A stretch of DNA of 64,000 nucleotides from Deltaproteobacteria bacterium. Its GTDB lineage: Bacteria > Desulfobacterota > Syntrophia > Syntrophales > Smithellaceae. Below, in pieces: positions 38,137 to 48,500 of the stretch (the stretch's first letter is position 1; every line of letters begins with the position of its first letter). The stretch is from the NCBI GenBank assembly GCA_012729055.1, contig JAAYDW010000011.1, positions 4,402 through 68,401 on the forward strand. Direction: 5' to 3'. Position numbers and translations under genes: made by a program. The notes under the pieces were generated by a model that saw only the letters and a program-made list of their open reading frames with translations, was not told the origin of the DNA and searched no databases.

Positions 38137-38919
38137 TTATTTCCCCTTAAACACCGCGGCGCGCCGTTCGATAAAAGATTGCAGACCTTCCCTCATATCT
38201 TCGCTTTGCATGACATCGGCCATCTTCCGGTACATGACCGTCCTGGCCGCCTGATCTCCGTCGAGCGCCGCCCTGCGGGACGAGGCCAGCGCCTCCTGCA
38301 CCCCGAGCGGCGCGGCCGCCGCCACGCTGCGGGCAATCGCCAGCGCGCGGTCGAACTGCCTGCCCGTTTCGGTCACCTGTTGAACCAGCCCCAGGCGGTA
38401 AGCCTCCGCCGCGCTGATGGCGTCGCCGGTCAGCATATACCGCATGGCGTTGGCCCAGCCGATTTCCCGCGGCAGACGCAGCGTCGCCCCGGCGGCCGGG
38501 AAGAACCCGCGTTTCACTTCCAGCATGGCAAAACGGGTATCGGCGGCTGCCACCCGGATGTCCGTGTTGAGCATCATTTCAAATCCCCAGGTGTAGCAGT
38601 ACCCCTGCACGGCCATCACGATGGGTTTCCGGCAGCGGGCTTCGCTCATCATGTAAAAGGGATCGATTTCATTTTCCGCCGCCAGCGGAAATCCCAACCC
38701 CCGGGCAAACCAGTCCGCCCAGTCGGTCAGATCCAGCCCCGCCGTAAAATGGGGGCCAACGGCATACACGATACCCACGCGCAGGTCAGGATCGGAATCG
38801 AGTTGGAAGTAGGCTTGCGCCAGGCGGGAGTACATCTCCCGGGTCATGGCGTTCATTTTTTCCGGCCGATTGATTTCCACGAGCAGGAGATGCTCTTCGG
38901 TTTTGATAGTGACGGTCAT
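38137..38919 (-). CDS. Crotonase / enoyl-CoA hydratase family protein
   Basis: INRPEKMNA, FTAGLDL, KPIVMAVQG, EVKRG. Confidence 0.92.
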   Translation of the reverse strand: MTVTIKTEEHLLLVEINRPEKMNAMTREMYSRLAQAYFQLDSDPDLRVGIVYAVGPHFTAGLDLTDWADWFARGLGFPLAAENEIDPFYMMSEARCRKPIVMAVQGYCYTWGFEMMLNTDIRVAAADTRFAMLEVKRGFFPAAGATLRLPREIGWANAMRYMLTGDAISAAEAYRLGLVQQVTETGRQFDRALAIARSVAAAAPLGVQEALASSRRAALDGDQAARTVMYRKMADVMQSEDMREGLQSFIERRAAVFKGK

Positions 38920-38951
38920 CCTGATTGTCCACACTTTAAAATACGTGGGGG

Positions 38952-38980
38952 AGTATAGAAAAATGATCCCGTCCTGTCAA
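38952..38980 (-). promoter_or_regulatory. Sigma70-like promoter TTGACA-N17-TATACT
   Basis: Reverse complement of AGTATA (38952-38957) ... TGTCAA (38975-38980). Confidence 0.65.
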
Positions 38981-38988
38981 CGGAATAA

Positions 38989-39774
38989 TCAAATAATAAT
39001 ATTTCCTTCAAGATACAGGACCGCCCGGCCCGCAATCGCCACCCGCCCGCCTTCGTGGCGGCAGAACAATTCGCCGCCGCGCGCGGAGACCTGTCGGGCA
39101 TACAGATCGGTTTTCCTGAGTCTTTCCGCCCAGTAGGGAACCAGCGCCGAATGGGCCGATCCCGTCACCGGATCCTCGGGAACGCCCACCCGGGGCGCAA
39201 AAAAGCGCGAAACAAAGTCGCAGGCGTCACCGGGCGCCGTTACAATGACCCCGCGGCATTCGATGGTTTCCAGCGCAGCAAAATCCGGCGCGACCCGGCG
39301 CACCGTTTTTTCCTGATCGAGCAGAACCATCAGATCCTCCTCGGAGGAAAAAATGGCCGCCGGCTTGATGCCCAGAGCTGCGGACAGCACAACGAGCGGG
39401 TTTTCCGGCCGCACGGGTCGCGCCGGAAAATCCATCTCCAAAAGGTCGCCCCGGCGGGTTACCGTAAGCGCGCCGCTTCGGCGCGTGAGAAAGCGTACGC
39501 TTTCGCCCGGCCAGTCACATCGGGAAAAAAGAACGTAGGCCGCGGCAAGCGTTGCGTGTCCGCACAAAGCCACCTCCGTGCGCGGCGTAAACCAGCGCAG
39601 TTCGAAGTCGTCTCCCCGCCGGACCAGGAAAGCCGTCTCCGAAAGATTGTTTTCCAGGGCGATGGACATAAGCAGGGCGTCGTCCGGCCAGTCCTCAAGC
39701 ATGCAGACGGCCGCCGGATTTCCGGAAAACAACGTCCCGGTGAAAGCATCGACCTGATAAAGCGGTATTTTCAT
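38989..39774 (-). CDS. PhzF family isomerase
   Basis: QVDAFT..FSGNPAAV, NLSETAF, EVALCGHATLA, EDPVTGSAH. Confidence 0.95.
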   Translation of the reverse strand: MKIPLYQVDAFTGTLFSGNPAAVCMLEDWPDDALLMSIALENNLSETAFLVRRGDDFELRWFTPRTEVALCGHATLAAAYVLFSRCDWPGESVRFLTRRSGALTVTRRGDLLEMDFPARPVRPENPLVVLSAALGIKPAAIFSSEEDLMVLLDQEKTVRRVAPDFAALETIECRGVIVTAPGDACDFVSRFFAPRVGVPEDPVTGSAHSALVPYWAERLRKTDLYARQVSARGGELFCRHEGGRVAIAGRAVLYLEGNIII

Positions 39775-39794
39775 GACGTCTCCTTTTGATGCGC

Positions 39795-40673
39795 CTATTT
39801 CTGAAGCCGGACCACCGGAAAACCGCGCCGGCGCAACAGATCGACCACGCTCTCGGCGCCGGCCAGATGCCCCACGCCGACAATGACCATCGCAGATTCC
39901 GAACCCGCAAGCAGGGTTTCAATCTTTGCCGCCCATTTTCGATTGCGGTTGACGATCAGCGCTTCGTACAGACGGGGATAATTTTTCAATTCCCGCAGAT
40001 TGACCGTCTCGATCCCTGCTTCATCCCCTTTTCGCCAGGCATTCAGAATGTCGCCGACCCGGCTCTCCAGACGGACGAGATCGTCGATCGTTTCGCTCAC
40101 CTGGTCGTTGCCCATGTCGCCGTCGAGCAGGGTGAGAAAGCCGATCTGCTCGTCGGAGGTTTCCAGCCCGCTGATCGCTTTGCCGTCCGCCGCCGCCCTG
40201 GCGTAAAAAAACCGGTCCACGCCGTATTCGGCCGACACGCCGATGCGCTTGAGTTCCTGCAGCGTCAGCACCAGAGAAAGCATCCAGGGGCGCAGCATCT
40301 GATACTGTTCAAACGGATAGCCGCGCGCCCGGCAGAATTTTTCGGCTTTGGCGTAAACAGCGGGTGTGAGGCGCTGCTTGAGTGTCGTCCCATCCGGATA
40401 CATCGCGACGGCCAGAAGTTTCTGCAGGTAGGCCGGGCCGTCCAGATCGCCGGGCGGCGCCTCAAAAACGAGACGGCGGGCGCGCGAATAGGCGATGTCG
40501 AACTCTCCGGGAAGCGGATGATCCGAAGCGCGAAGCACATGGCAGGAGCCGGCCAGATACACCGTCGTTCTCGGACCCCGCACTTCCCAGACGGAGCTCT
40601 GCGCCCAAACGCAGGCGGGCACGAGAAGCGCCAAGGCCAGCGCCGGAAGCAAAATGTTGCGGTTGGTTTTCAT
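39795..40673 (-). CDS. TraB/GumN family exported protein
   Basis: YLAGSCH, GVD, GLET..EQ, RNRKW, VGVGHL.G. Confidence 0.9.
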   Translation of the reverse strand: MKTNRNILLPALALALLVPACVWAQSSVWEVRGPRTTVYLAGSCHVLRASDHPLPGEFDIAYSRARRLVFEAPPGDLDGPAYLQKLLAVAMYPDGTTLKQRLTPAVYAKAEKFCRARGYPFEQYQMLRPWMLSLVLTLQELKRIGVSAEYGVDRFFYARAAADGKAISGLETSDEQIGFLTLLDGDMGNDQVSETIDDLVRLESRVGDILNAWRKGDEAGIETVNLRELKNYPRLYEALIVNRNRKWAAKIETLLAGSESAMVIVGVGHLAGAESVVDLLRRRGFPVVRLQK

Positions 40674-40827
40674 AACGGCTCCCTTCCAGGAAAAGCTTTC
40701 CTTTTCTTCGGGGAAATCACAATAACATGTCGGCCCAAAAATTCAAATCCGAATCGGAGGCTGGTATCTCCGCTACCCGCCATCTCCGGTGCGCCGTCGA
40801 CAATCGGCAATTTCCTGCAATTTCCCC

Positions 40828-40860
40828 TTGACAACGCCGGATGTAGTTGCATAATACAAC
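40828..40860 (+). promoter_or_regulatory. Promoter TTGACA-N16-CATAAT with palindrome GTTGCATAATACAAC over the -10 box
   Basis: -35 at 40828-40833, -10 at 40850-40855; imperfect palindrome 40846-40860; ATG at 40865 with no Shine-Dalgarno. Confidence 0.7.
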
Positions 40861-40864
40861 CAAT

Positions 40865-41338
40865 ATGGAAAACGACGAAAAACGTTTTACCGAAATGATG
40901 GACGTGTTTACGGGGCTTGCGCAGGCGACGCGCTGCTGCCGGCAGGACGCCGCTTTTTGCGGCGGGGTGACCTTTCACCAGTACATGGCGCTGGATGCCG
41001 TCTCCCGCGGCGGCCGGCTCAGGCTGTCCGATCTGCGCGGAGAGCTGGCCGTGGAAAAAAGCACCGCAACCCGGCTTTTAAAGCCGCTTCTCGACGGAAA
41101 GCTTTTGAAAAAAGAGCCGTCCGCCGCGGATTTCCGGGCCTTCGACCTGACGCTCACGCCAAAAGGCGCAAGAAAACATCGGGAAGTGAAAGCCTGTCTT
41201 CGGAAATTCTTCGGCCGGATCGCCGGCCACCTGCCCGAAACCGAGCGCGACGCCGTTTTGCAGGCGGTGCGGACATTCATCGGCGCGATCAGAACGTCAG
41301 CGGGCATCTGCAGCTGTTGCCCGGAAAACCCGGAGTAA
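40865..41338 (+). CDS. Cys-rich MarR family transcriptional regulator
   Basis: VEKSTATRLL..L, DFR...LTLTPKG wHTH motifs; RCC..C near the N-terminus and CSCC at the C-terminus. Confidence 0.85.
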   Translation: MENDEKRFTEMMDVFTGLAQATRCCRQDAAFCGGVTFHQYMALDAVSRGGRLRLSDLRGELAVEKSTATRLLKPLLDGKLLKKEPSAADFRAFDLTLTPKGARKHREVKACLRKFFGRIAGHLPETERDAVLQAVRTFIGAIRTSAGICSCCPENPE

Positions 41339-41342
41339 AAAA

Positions 41343-42479
41343 ATGACCGAAAATAAATATTCTCTGGAATTGCCGGTCCTCGGCGGAGGACTTGAATCTC
41401 CGGACGCGGGCGGCGTCGTTGTTTTACCGTCGCTCAACCAGCCCTTCGTGACGGGCGAGATGCGTACGCCCGTGGGGACCGTTCCCCGGATCGCAGCCGA
41501 GCTCGCCGGCCGGGACCGCCTGGGAACCCTCAAGGCCCGCCTGGGCGTGAACCGGGCAAACTACAAGGTGGAGCCGGGCCTTTACGCCCTGGGCCGTCCG
41601 GATGAGACGTCGCCCGTCCTGGCTTCGGCCAATTACAAGACGAGTTTCGACTGCCTGCGCCGGTCGCTCGCAGGGCGCGATGCCTGGATTCTGGTGCTGG
41701 ATACGAAGGGAATCAACGTCTGGTGCGCGGCGGGAAAAGGCACCTTCGGCACAAACGAACTGGTTTACCGGATCGAGGCCGGCGGCTTGAAAAAAGTCGT
41801 CGCGCACCGGCGCATCATTGTCCCGCAGCTTGCCGCGCCGGGCGTGGCCGCGCACACGGTCAAAATCCTTTCGGGCTTCCGGGTCCACTACGGCCCGGTC
41901 CGAGCAGACGACCTGCCGGCTTACCTCGACGCCGGTCTTGCGGCCAGCCGGGACATGCGCAGAGTATCCTTCGGACTTCCGGACCGGGCGATCCTGATTC
42001 CCATCGAGCTCGCGGGCGCGGCAAAAATCTTTTTTCTGGCTTCCCTGGCGGCCCTGCTTCTGGCAGGCCTTTTGGGGCCGGCGGGCCTTGCCGCCAATCT
42101 TTTTCATGACGGCCTTTTTGCGGTGGCGGCGCTGGGCCTGGGCCTCCTGGCGGGCGCCGTCCTCCACCCGCTGCTGCTGCCCTGGCTGCCCGGGCGCGCC
42201 TTTTCACAAAAGGGAGCAACCGCCGGGCTGATTGTCGTTCTGGGTCTGCTTTACGCGCGGGGCGTCGATCTTTCAATTCTGCCCGGGAAACTGGAGGCCC
42301 TGGCCTGGCTTCTGATCGTTCCCGCCGTTGCGGCATTTCTCGCGATGAATTTCACGGGCTGCTCAACGTATACGTCGCCGGCCGGCGTGAAAAAGGAAAT
42401 GCGTCTGGCCCTGCCGCTCGAGATTTCCGCTGCTGCGCTGGGATCGGTCTTGTGGATCGCGGCGCTTTTCACAGCCTAG
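41343..42479 (+). CDS. hgcA: Mercury methylation corrinoid protein
   Basis: Cap-helix motif TKGINVWCAAGKGTFG, PGLY, ANYK, PQLAAPGV, C-terminal TM helices, NFTGCSTYTS..GVKKEM. Confidence 0.96.
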   Translation: MTENKYSLELPVLGGGLESPDAGGVVVLPSLNQPFVTGEMRTPVGTVPRIAAELAGRDRLGTLKARLGVNRANYKVEPGLYALGRPDETSPVLASANYKTSFDCLRRSLAGRDAWILVLDTKGINVWCAAGKGTFGTNELVYRIEAGGLKKVVAHRRIIVPQLAAPGVAAHTVKILSGFRVHYGPVRADDLPAYLDAGLAASRDMRRVSFGLPDRAILIPIELAGAAKIFFLASLAALLLAGLLGPAGLAANLFHDGLFAVAALGLGLLAGAVLHPLLLPWLPGRAFSQKGATAGLIVVLGLLYARGVDLSILPGKLEALAWLLIVPAVAAFLAMNFTGCSTYTSPAGVKKEMRLALPLEISAAALGSVLWIAALFTA

Positions 42480-42487
42480 GAGTTTTT

Positions 42488-42799
42488 ATGAAGGATTTGA
42501 TTTATCTCAAAAACGTCGCGAGTCTGCACATGGACATCGCCAGGTGCACCGGCTGCGGCATGTGCCGGGAGGTCTGCCCGCACGACGTCTTCGTGATGAA
42601 CGGCAAAACCGCCGCCATCGCCCGGCGCGACGCCTGCATGGAGTGCGGCGCGTGCAGCCGCAACTGTCCGGCGGGCGCCCTCTCCGTCTCCGCGGGCGTC
42701 GGCTGCGCGGCCGCTGTTCTCAACGGCCTTTTGGGCCGAAGCGGCGGCGAGTGCTGCTGCGGACCGGCGGAAGACGGTGGGAAGACCGGCTGCTGCTAG
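42488..42799 (+). CDS. hgcB: Mercury methylation ferredoxin
   Basis: CTGCGMCREVCPH, CMECGACSRNCP, GVGCA, C-terminal CCC/CC; starts 8 bp after hgcA. Confidence 0.95.
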   Translation: MKDLIYLKNVASLHMDIARCTGCGMCREVCPHDVFVMNGKTAAIARRDACMECGACSRNCPAGALSVSAGVGCAAAVLNGLLGRSGGECCCGPAEDGGKTGCC

Positions 42800-43104
42800 G
42801 CGCTTTTTTCGCCGGATCCTTCGGAAACCGGAATCGGGACAATACAATCCGGCGCAGCCGTTAATTTTCATCTTATCGATATTATTGAGCTATATTTTTC
42901 AACTCTTGACTTTGCCCGGTCTTTCCGGTAAAGATTTTCCGGTCTTCCCAAATGACCTCTATAAATTGACGGATAGCGGACTTGCGTAAGATCTACTCCA
43001 TCATACCTGCCTCAGCACCTCACAGGCAGTTCTGTGTCCGGCCCTCTTCACTTCATTACAAAAAATCATTCCCGCCTGCACGGGGGTAAAGGAGGAAATA
43101 CATC

Positions 43105-44376
43105 ATGAGCAACACGAGCACAAAGGAAAACAGGTTGCCGGTACTCGGCATCAACAGTCTGGGGCGCATCGGGAAATTGACGCTCTGGCATCATGTTCAG
43201 AGAAAATACTTTCAGGAAATCGTCATCAACCAGGGCCGCGACATCGGCATGGGCATGGAGACGATCGCCCGCCTGATTGAAGCGGACGCCACGTACGGGC
43301 TGCTCCACCGCTTCCTTTACGGCTACAAGGCGAAGCCCTGCATCCAGATCACGGACGACAAAAACGGCAAAATGCTCATCGACGGCATTCCGGTGACCGT
43401 TTTGCGCCAGGAGCGCAACCCCCTGAACATCCCCTGGCGTCAGTACGGCGCGGATGTCGTGGTGGACTGCAGCGGCTCCTTCAAGGATCCGACCGTTCCC
43501 GCAGACGACAAGAAGGGATCGATCCGGGGGCATTTGAACGGCGGCGCCAAGGTGGTCATCCATTCCGCTCCGTTCAAGATTAAAAACAAGGCGCTTGCAA
43601 CGCCCGATGACACCGTCACCCTGATTTTCGGCATCAACCACACGGTCTTCGATCCCAAGAAGCATCTGCTGGTTTCTGCGGCCTCCTGCACGACCACGGG
43701 TCTTGCGCACATGGTGAAACCGCTTCTGGACAACGAGGAGACGAGCACGATTCTGACGGCCTCCATGTCGACGATTCACGCCGTCACCAACACCCAGAGC
43801 GTTCTGGACAAGCTGCCGAAGGCGGGCGAAAAGGACATCCGCAAAACGCGCAGCATTCTGAACAACATCATTCTCACCTCGACCGGCGCCGCGAAGGCCC
43901 TCATCGAGGTGATTCCTGAGGTGAAGAACATCGGCTTCATGGGCGACTCCATCCGGGTGCCGACCAACACCCTGTCGCTCATCGTGCTGAACGCGACCTT
44001 CCAGGCCAAGCGCAACGGCAAGGGCGACGCGGCCAACATCGACACGAAGAAGCTCAACGACATTTACGAAAAGACCGCCCAGGCCACTCCGCTGGTCCGT
44101 TTCACGATGCAGCAGAACGTATCCACCGATCTGATCGGGGAAGACGCGGCGATCATCATCGAAGGCCAGTTCAACCACACCCGGACGGCGTTCATTCCGG
44201 TGGACCTCTCGCATATTCCTAATCTGCCGGCGGGCCTGCTGGACAGCCTCAAGGAAAAAACGCTGCAGCTCCCCGTCGTTCACGCCAAGATTTTCGGCTG
44301 GTACGACAATGAATACGGCAGCTACACCAACCGGATGGGAGATTTAACCGTTTACGTCCACAAAAATATTCAGTAA
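43105..44376 (+). CDS. gap: Glyceraldehyde-3-phosphate dehydrogenase, divergent long form
   Basis: GINSLGRIGK, ASCTT, TIHAVTNTQ, TSTGAAKA, RVPT, WYDNEYG. Confidence 0.88.
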   Translation: MSNTSTKENRLPVLGINSLGRIGKLTLWHHVQRKYFQEIVINQGRDIGMGMETIARLIEADATYGLLHRFLYGYKAKPCIQITDDKNGKMLIDGIPVTVLRQERNPLNIPWRQYGADVVVDCSGSFKDPTVPADDKKGSIRGHLNGGAKVVIHSAPFKIKNKALATPDDTVTLIFGINHTVFDPKKHLLVSAASCTTTGLAHMVKPLLDNEETSTILTASMSTIHAVTNTQSVLDKLPKAGEKDIRKTRSILNNIILTSTGAAKALIEVIPEVKNIGFMGDSIRVPTNTLSLIVLNATFQAKRNGKGDAANIDTKKLNDIYEKTAQATPLVRFTMQQNVSTDLIGEDAAIIIEGQFNHTRTAFIPVDLSHIPNLPAGLLDSLKEKTLQLPVVHAKIFGWYDNEYGSYTNRMGDLTVYVHKNIQ

Positions 44377-44396
44377 ACCGCACACACCGGGAAACG

Positions 44397-44432
44397 TCCC
44401 CGCTTTCCGCCCGAGGAAAGCGGGGATTTTTT
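44397..44432 (+). terminator. Rho-independent terminator
   Basis: TCCCCGCTTTCC / GGAAAGCGGGGA stem followed by a T run. Confidence 0.8.
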
Positions 44433-44545
44433 GAACCGGCCGACGGGGCAAGAGGCGCTTTCCTCTTGGCGCAAATTGGGATAAGATGCCTTATCTCCCA
44501 TGACACTCGCCGGCGCTTGCATTCCCGGCTTGAAGGGGTGGAACG

Positions 44546-45535
44546 GTGTCCACGGAAACGGAACAGGTTGAGGGAACCCGGACGCAGCTTCGGGATCAGC
44601 TGGAAAAGACGGCCCTTGAAAATCAGCGGCTGAAGGCCCGGTTCGGCTCCGTCACCAAGCAGGTCCGCGAGCTCAACGAGTTCATCCAGATCATGCTGAC
44701 CGTGTCGCCTTTTGCAATCTGCATCATCCAGCAGAACAAACTCATTTTCACGAACAAGGCCTTTTCCGAAATTCTCGGATATTCCGCCAAGCAGCTGAGA
44801 AACCTGCCTCCCTCGAACCTGGTATTCAAAGAGGACCGCGACCATGTCCGCAAAAGCGTGCGCGCCATGCTCACGGGCAACGCGCAGTCCTTTTTCATGT
44901 TCCGCGTGCTGACCCGCGATGAAAAAATCAAGTGGATCCTGGGATCGGTCGCCCTCATCCACATGAACGAAAAGCAGGCGGTGATCGGCAACTTCGTCGA
45001 TTTGACGGAAGGACGGGTCATGCAGCTCGCCTACAGCGACCCGCTCACAGGGCTCCCCAACCGGAAGCTCGTTCTGGATCGTCTGGAACAGGCCATCGTC
45101 TCGGCCAAAAGGCGCTGCAGCAAGCTGGCCGTGCTGTTTGTCGACCTGGATGAATTCAAGGAAGTGAACGACGCTCACGGGCACAAAACGGGCGACCGGC
45201 TGCTCATCGAAATCGCCAACCGGATGAAACAGGTCATCCGCCGGGAAAACGACACCATCGCGCGCATCGGCGGGGACGAGTTTCTGGTTCTGCTCACGGA
45301 TATCGAACAGGAAAGCCAGATCGAAACCGTCGTCGTCCACTTGTTCGATACGTTCCGCGCTCCGGTGGCCGTCGGAAAGCCGCCCGGCGGGATCAAGGTC
45401 AATTTCAGCATCGGCGTGGCGCTGTTTCCGGAGCACGGACAGGATCCGGACGTCCTCATTTCCAACGCCGATCAGGCCATGTACCGGGCAAAAAAGAAAC
45501 CGGGCAAAAACCACTTTTCCTTTTTTCATCCCTGA
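44546..45535 (+). CDS. PAS-GGDEF diguanylate cyclase
   Basis: PAS region, DPLTGLPNR, DLDEFKEVND.HGH, ARIGGDEF. Confidence 0.93.
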   Translation: MSTETEQVEGTRTQLRDQLEKTALENQRLKARFGSVTKQVRELNEFIQIMLTVSPFAICIIQQNKLIFTNKAFSEILGYSAKQLRNLPPSNLVFKEDRDHVRKSVRAMLTGNAQSFFMFRVLTRDEKIKWILGSVALIHMNEKQAVIGNFVDLTEGRVMQLAYSDPLTGLPNRKLVLDRLEQAIVSAKRRCSKLAVLFVDLDEFKEVNDAHGHKTGDRLLIEIANRMKQVIRRENDTIARIGGDEFLVLLTDIEQESQIETVVVHLFDTFRAPVAVGKPPGGIKVNFSIGVALFPEHGQDPDVLISNADQAMYRAKKKPGKNHFSFFHP

Positions 45536-45549
45536 CGCCCGACGGCCGG

Positions 45550-48500
45550 TTACAGGGCGATGGAATAAAAGCGGTCCGTCTCCCGTTCGTGTTTTCCGAG
45601 GTAAAGCGCTCCGGTCCAGCCGTCGATGCAGATGAAGTCCCCCGCGCGGATCGTGTGTCCCTCGAGCGCGGCATAGCCTTCCGATTCATACACTTTCAGT
45701 TTGCTCAATCCCACCACGCCGACCTTGCTGAGCTGCGGGATGGTGACGGCGGCATGGGACGTCGCGCCGCCTTTGGCGGTCAAGAGCCCCTCCACCTGCA
45801 ACAGGACGCCGACATCGTCCGGCACCGTGTCGGGCCGGATCAGAATCAAGGACGTCTTGGGTTCGGTCTGGCGGAACCGCCGGATGTCCTCTTCCGAATA
45901 AACCGCGCGGCCGCACAACGCGCCGCCGCTCACGCCGATGCCGGCGCCCAAAAGCGAGGCGTGCAGGGACGGCGTGTCCTTGAAACGGCGCAGGCTCTTG
46001 GTTTTGGTCTGATCCATGTCCCGCGTCTGCAGAATGTAGAGCTGCTCCTTCCGGGGGCCCTCGAAGGTGAATTCGATTTCCTGATGGTTGAAGCCCTTTT
46101 CATAAATCAGGACTTCCGCGATCCGGACCAGCTCGGCGTAAATGTCCGGGAAATTGCCCTCCAGGGAAATGTCCGTGTTGCGGTGCTCGATCATCCGCTG
46201 TTTTTCCGAAATGGGAAAGGTCTCGACCAGACCGGAAACGATATCGTCCCCCTGAACGCCGAAAATGAAATCGCCGTAGAGCGTCACTTCAGCCGAAGCG
46301 CTCTTCGGATCGCGCGTGAAGATCACGCCGGACCCGGAGCGTTCATGAAAATTGCCGAAGACCATCGCCTGCACGATGACGGCCGTTCCCCACTCGTCCG
46401 ACAGGCGCATCTGATGACGGTAAATCTGGGCCTGCTCGGAATACCAGGAATCGAAAACCTGCAAAATGGCGTGGCGCAGCTGCCGGAGCGGATCGTCCGC
46501 GAGCGGAATGCCGCTGTCCAGGATGCCTTTTTTATAGGCCAGCGCAATCTGCTTCATCTGGTCGGCCGGAAACTGGATTTTGCGCTCCACGCCGTGCTTG
46601 TGCTTGAAGCCGTCCATGATGGCGTCGAAAAAATCGCGGCTCTGCCCCTGAAACATGCCCCAGGTCTGGAGAAAACGGCGGTAGGAATCCCAGGCCGCCC
46701 ACGAAAAATCGTCCCTGAGGCTGAGGGTTTCCGCAATCGCGGCGTTGATCCCGACGTTCAAAAACGAGCGCATCATGCCGGGCAGCGACACCGTGGCGCC
46801 GCTGCGAACCGACAACAGCAGGGGGTTGTGGCGGTCGCCGAATTTGCGGCCGGTCTTTTTTTCCAGCGCGGCGAGCTGCCGGTTGACGCGGTCGGCCAGG
46901 TCCCGGAAAATATACTTGTAGCCGTACACCGCGTCGTAGCCGCGGAAGACTTCCGTGGTGATGATGAAGCCCGGCGGCACCGGAAACCCGAAGGACACCA
47001 GCTTCTTGAGAAAGTAGCCCTTGTTTCCCAAGAGAATCTGGTTGTCCAGGCTGCCGTTTTTCCCATAGATGGAGGAAACCGCCAGCTCCGGATTGTAGTC
47101 CATCAGCAGATTGAGAATCCGCTTGTTGTCCTTGAATTTTTCGAGCTCCGCGTCGAGGGTTTTGATGACGGCGTGGACGAAATTATCGAGCACCTGCAGG
47201 CCGAAGGCCGACGAGATCATGGCGCGGAGAAAATTCTCGGACTGCTGGTACACCAGTTCGTCGGAGCGCTTTTCGCCCTCCCGAACGGACGCCGCGTCGC
47301 AAAGCGGCGTGATGCGGCGGACGACGATCGGCAGATTGACGCTGTGGGCGTCGATGTAATAGTCGCGGATGACATCCTGGATGCCCTTGGAGATGAAGCG
47401 GAAAATATCCAGATACTGGTCGACGGAAAACTGTTTGATCGGCAGGGCGCTCGTGACGTACTTGACCTTGGCCACCAGTCCCTCCGTGGCGATCCCTTCC
47501 AGTTCCAGGGCGCCGAGGTAGTGCCACAGGTAGGTGTGAATCTTGATGATCGTCCGCTTGGTGATGAATTTCAGATTCAGGGATTTGACCAGCTCCTCGA
47601 ACAGCATGCCGCCCAGCGCCTCAAGCCGGAGCGACAGCCCCAGCGCGTCGAACTTCTCCTCATGATATGTGCCGTACATGGAGGGAATGCCCGCGGCGAT
47701 GTGCCGCTTGTGGTAAATATTCTCGAACGACTGGGTCTTCCGGCCGGACAGAATTTTCGCCTTGAGGACGGACAGGAACTTGAGAATGCTCGCCAGACTG
47801 CGGTAGTAATTTTTTCCGGCAAGCGAACGTTTCAGGGACTGGATATCCTGGGCGGTAAAGGCGTTGGCGGATTCCAGATCCTTGAGCAGGTCGAAATACT
47901 GTGGAAAATATTTTTTGTACACCAGCTGATAAATCCGGATCATCAGCGCCACGCGCTCCCGGTCTCCGTCCGGAATGTCCGGAATCTGCGCGATTTCCCG
48001 GGCAATTCTGGCCTTGTCCCATTCCAGGAAATTCCGCGGGTCCTTGTCCGCCTTGAGATAGAGACTGCCCAGCGCCTTGTGCATGCCGTCGAAATAAACG
48101 CCTTCGTTATGCACGTCGTCGAACACTTCGTTCGGAATATGCTTGCGGATGAAGCGCTTGTCGCCGGAAAACCAGAAGCGGAAAATATCCTCGGTGAATT
48201 CGACGAGCAGGCTGTTGCTCTCCACGTGCGACTGCTTGCGCAGAAATCCCACCAGCCGGTCGTTGCGGAAAGACAGCTCGTCCACCCGGGTGGTGATGTC
48301 GCGCAGCTCCCCTTCGGCGCCGATTTCGCTGAAATACACGGGAAACAGGCGCAAAAGCTGTTTGATCAGATTGTAGGCCGGCGCGATATCGGCGTTGAGC
48401 AGACGCGAGATATCGCGTTGGATCAGGTCCGTGTCGCGGATGAAAATGCCGCCGAGCTTCAGATTGACGATAAGCGCGGAAATCAGCCTTTTCGTCCAGC

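Noticed and set aside
41281-41460. Selenocysteine-containing N-terminal extension of HgcA
   Set aside because: No in-frame TGA or CC/CU motif in the extension. The upstream Cys cluster belongs to the MarR frame.
43066-43086. CATTCCCGCCTGCACGGGG before the gap RBS as another copy of the palindromic arm
   Set aside because: Only a partial match, and the right half has diverged, so it may be chance.
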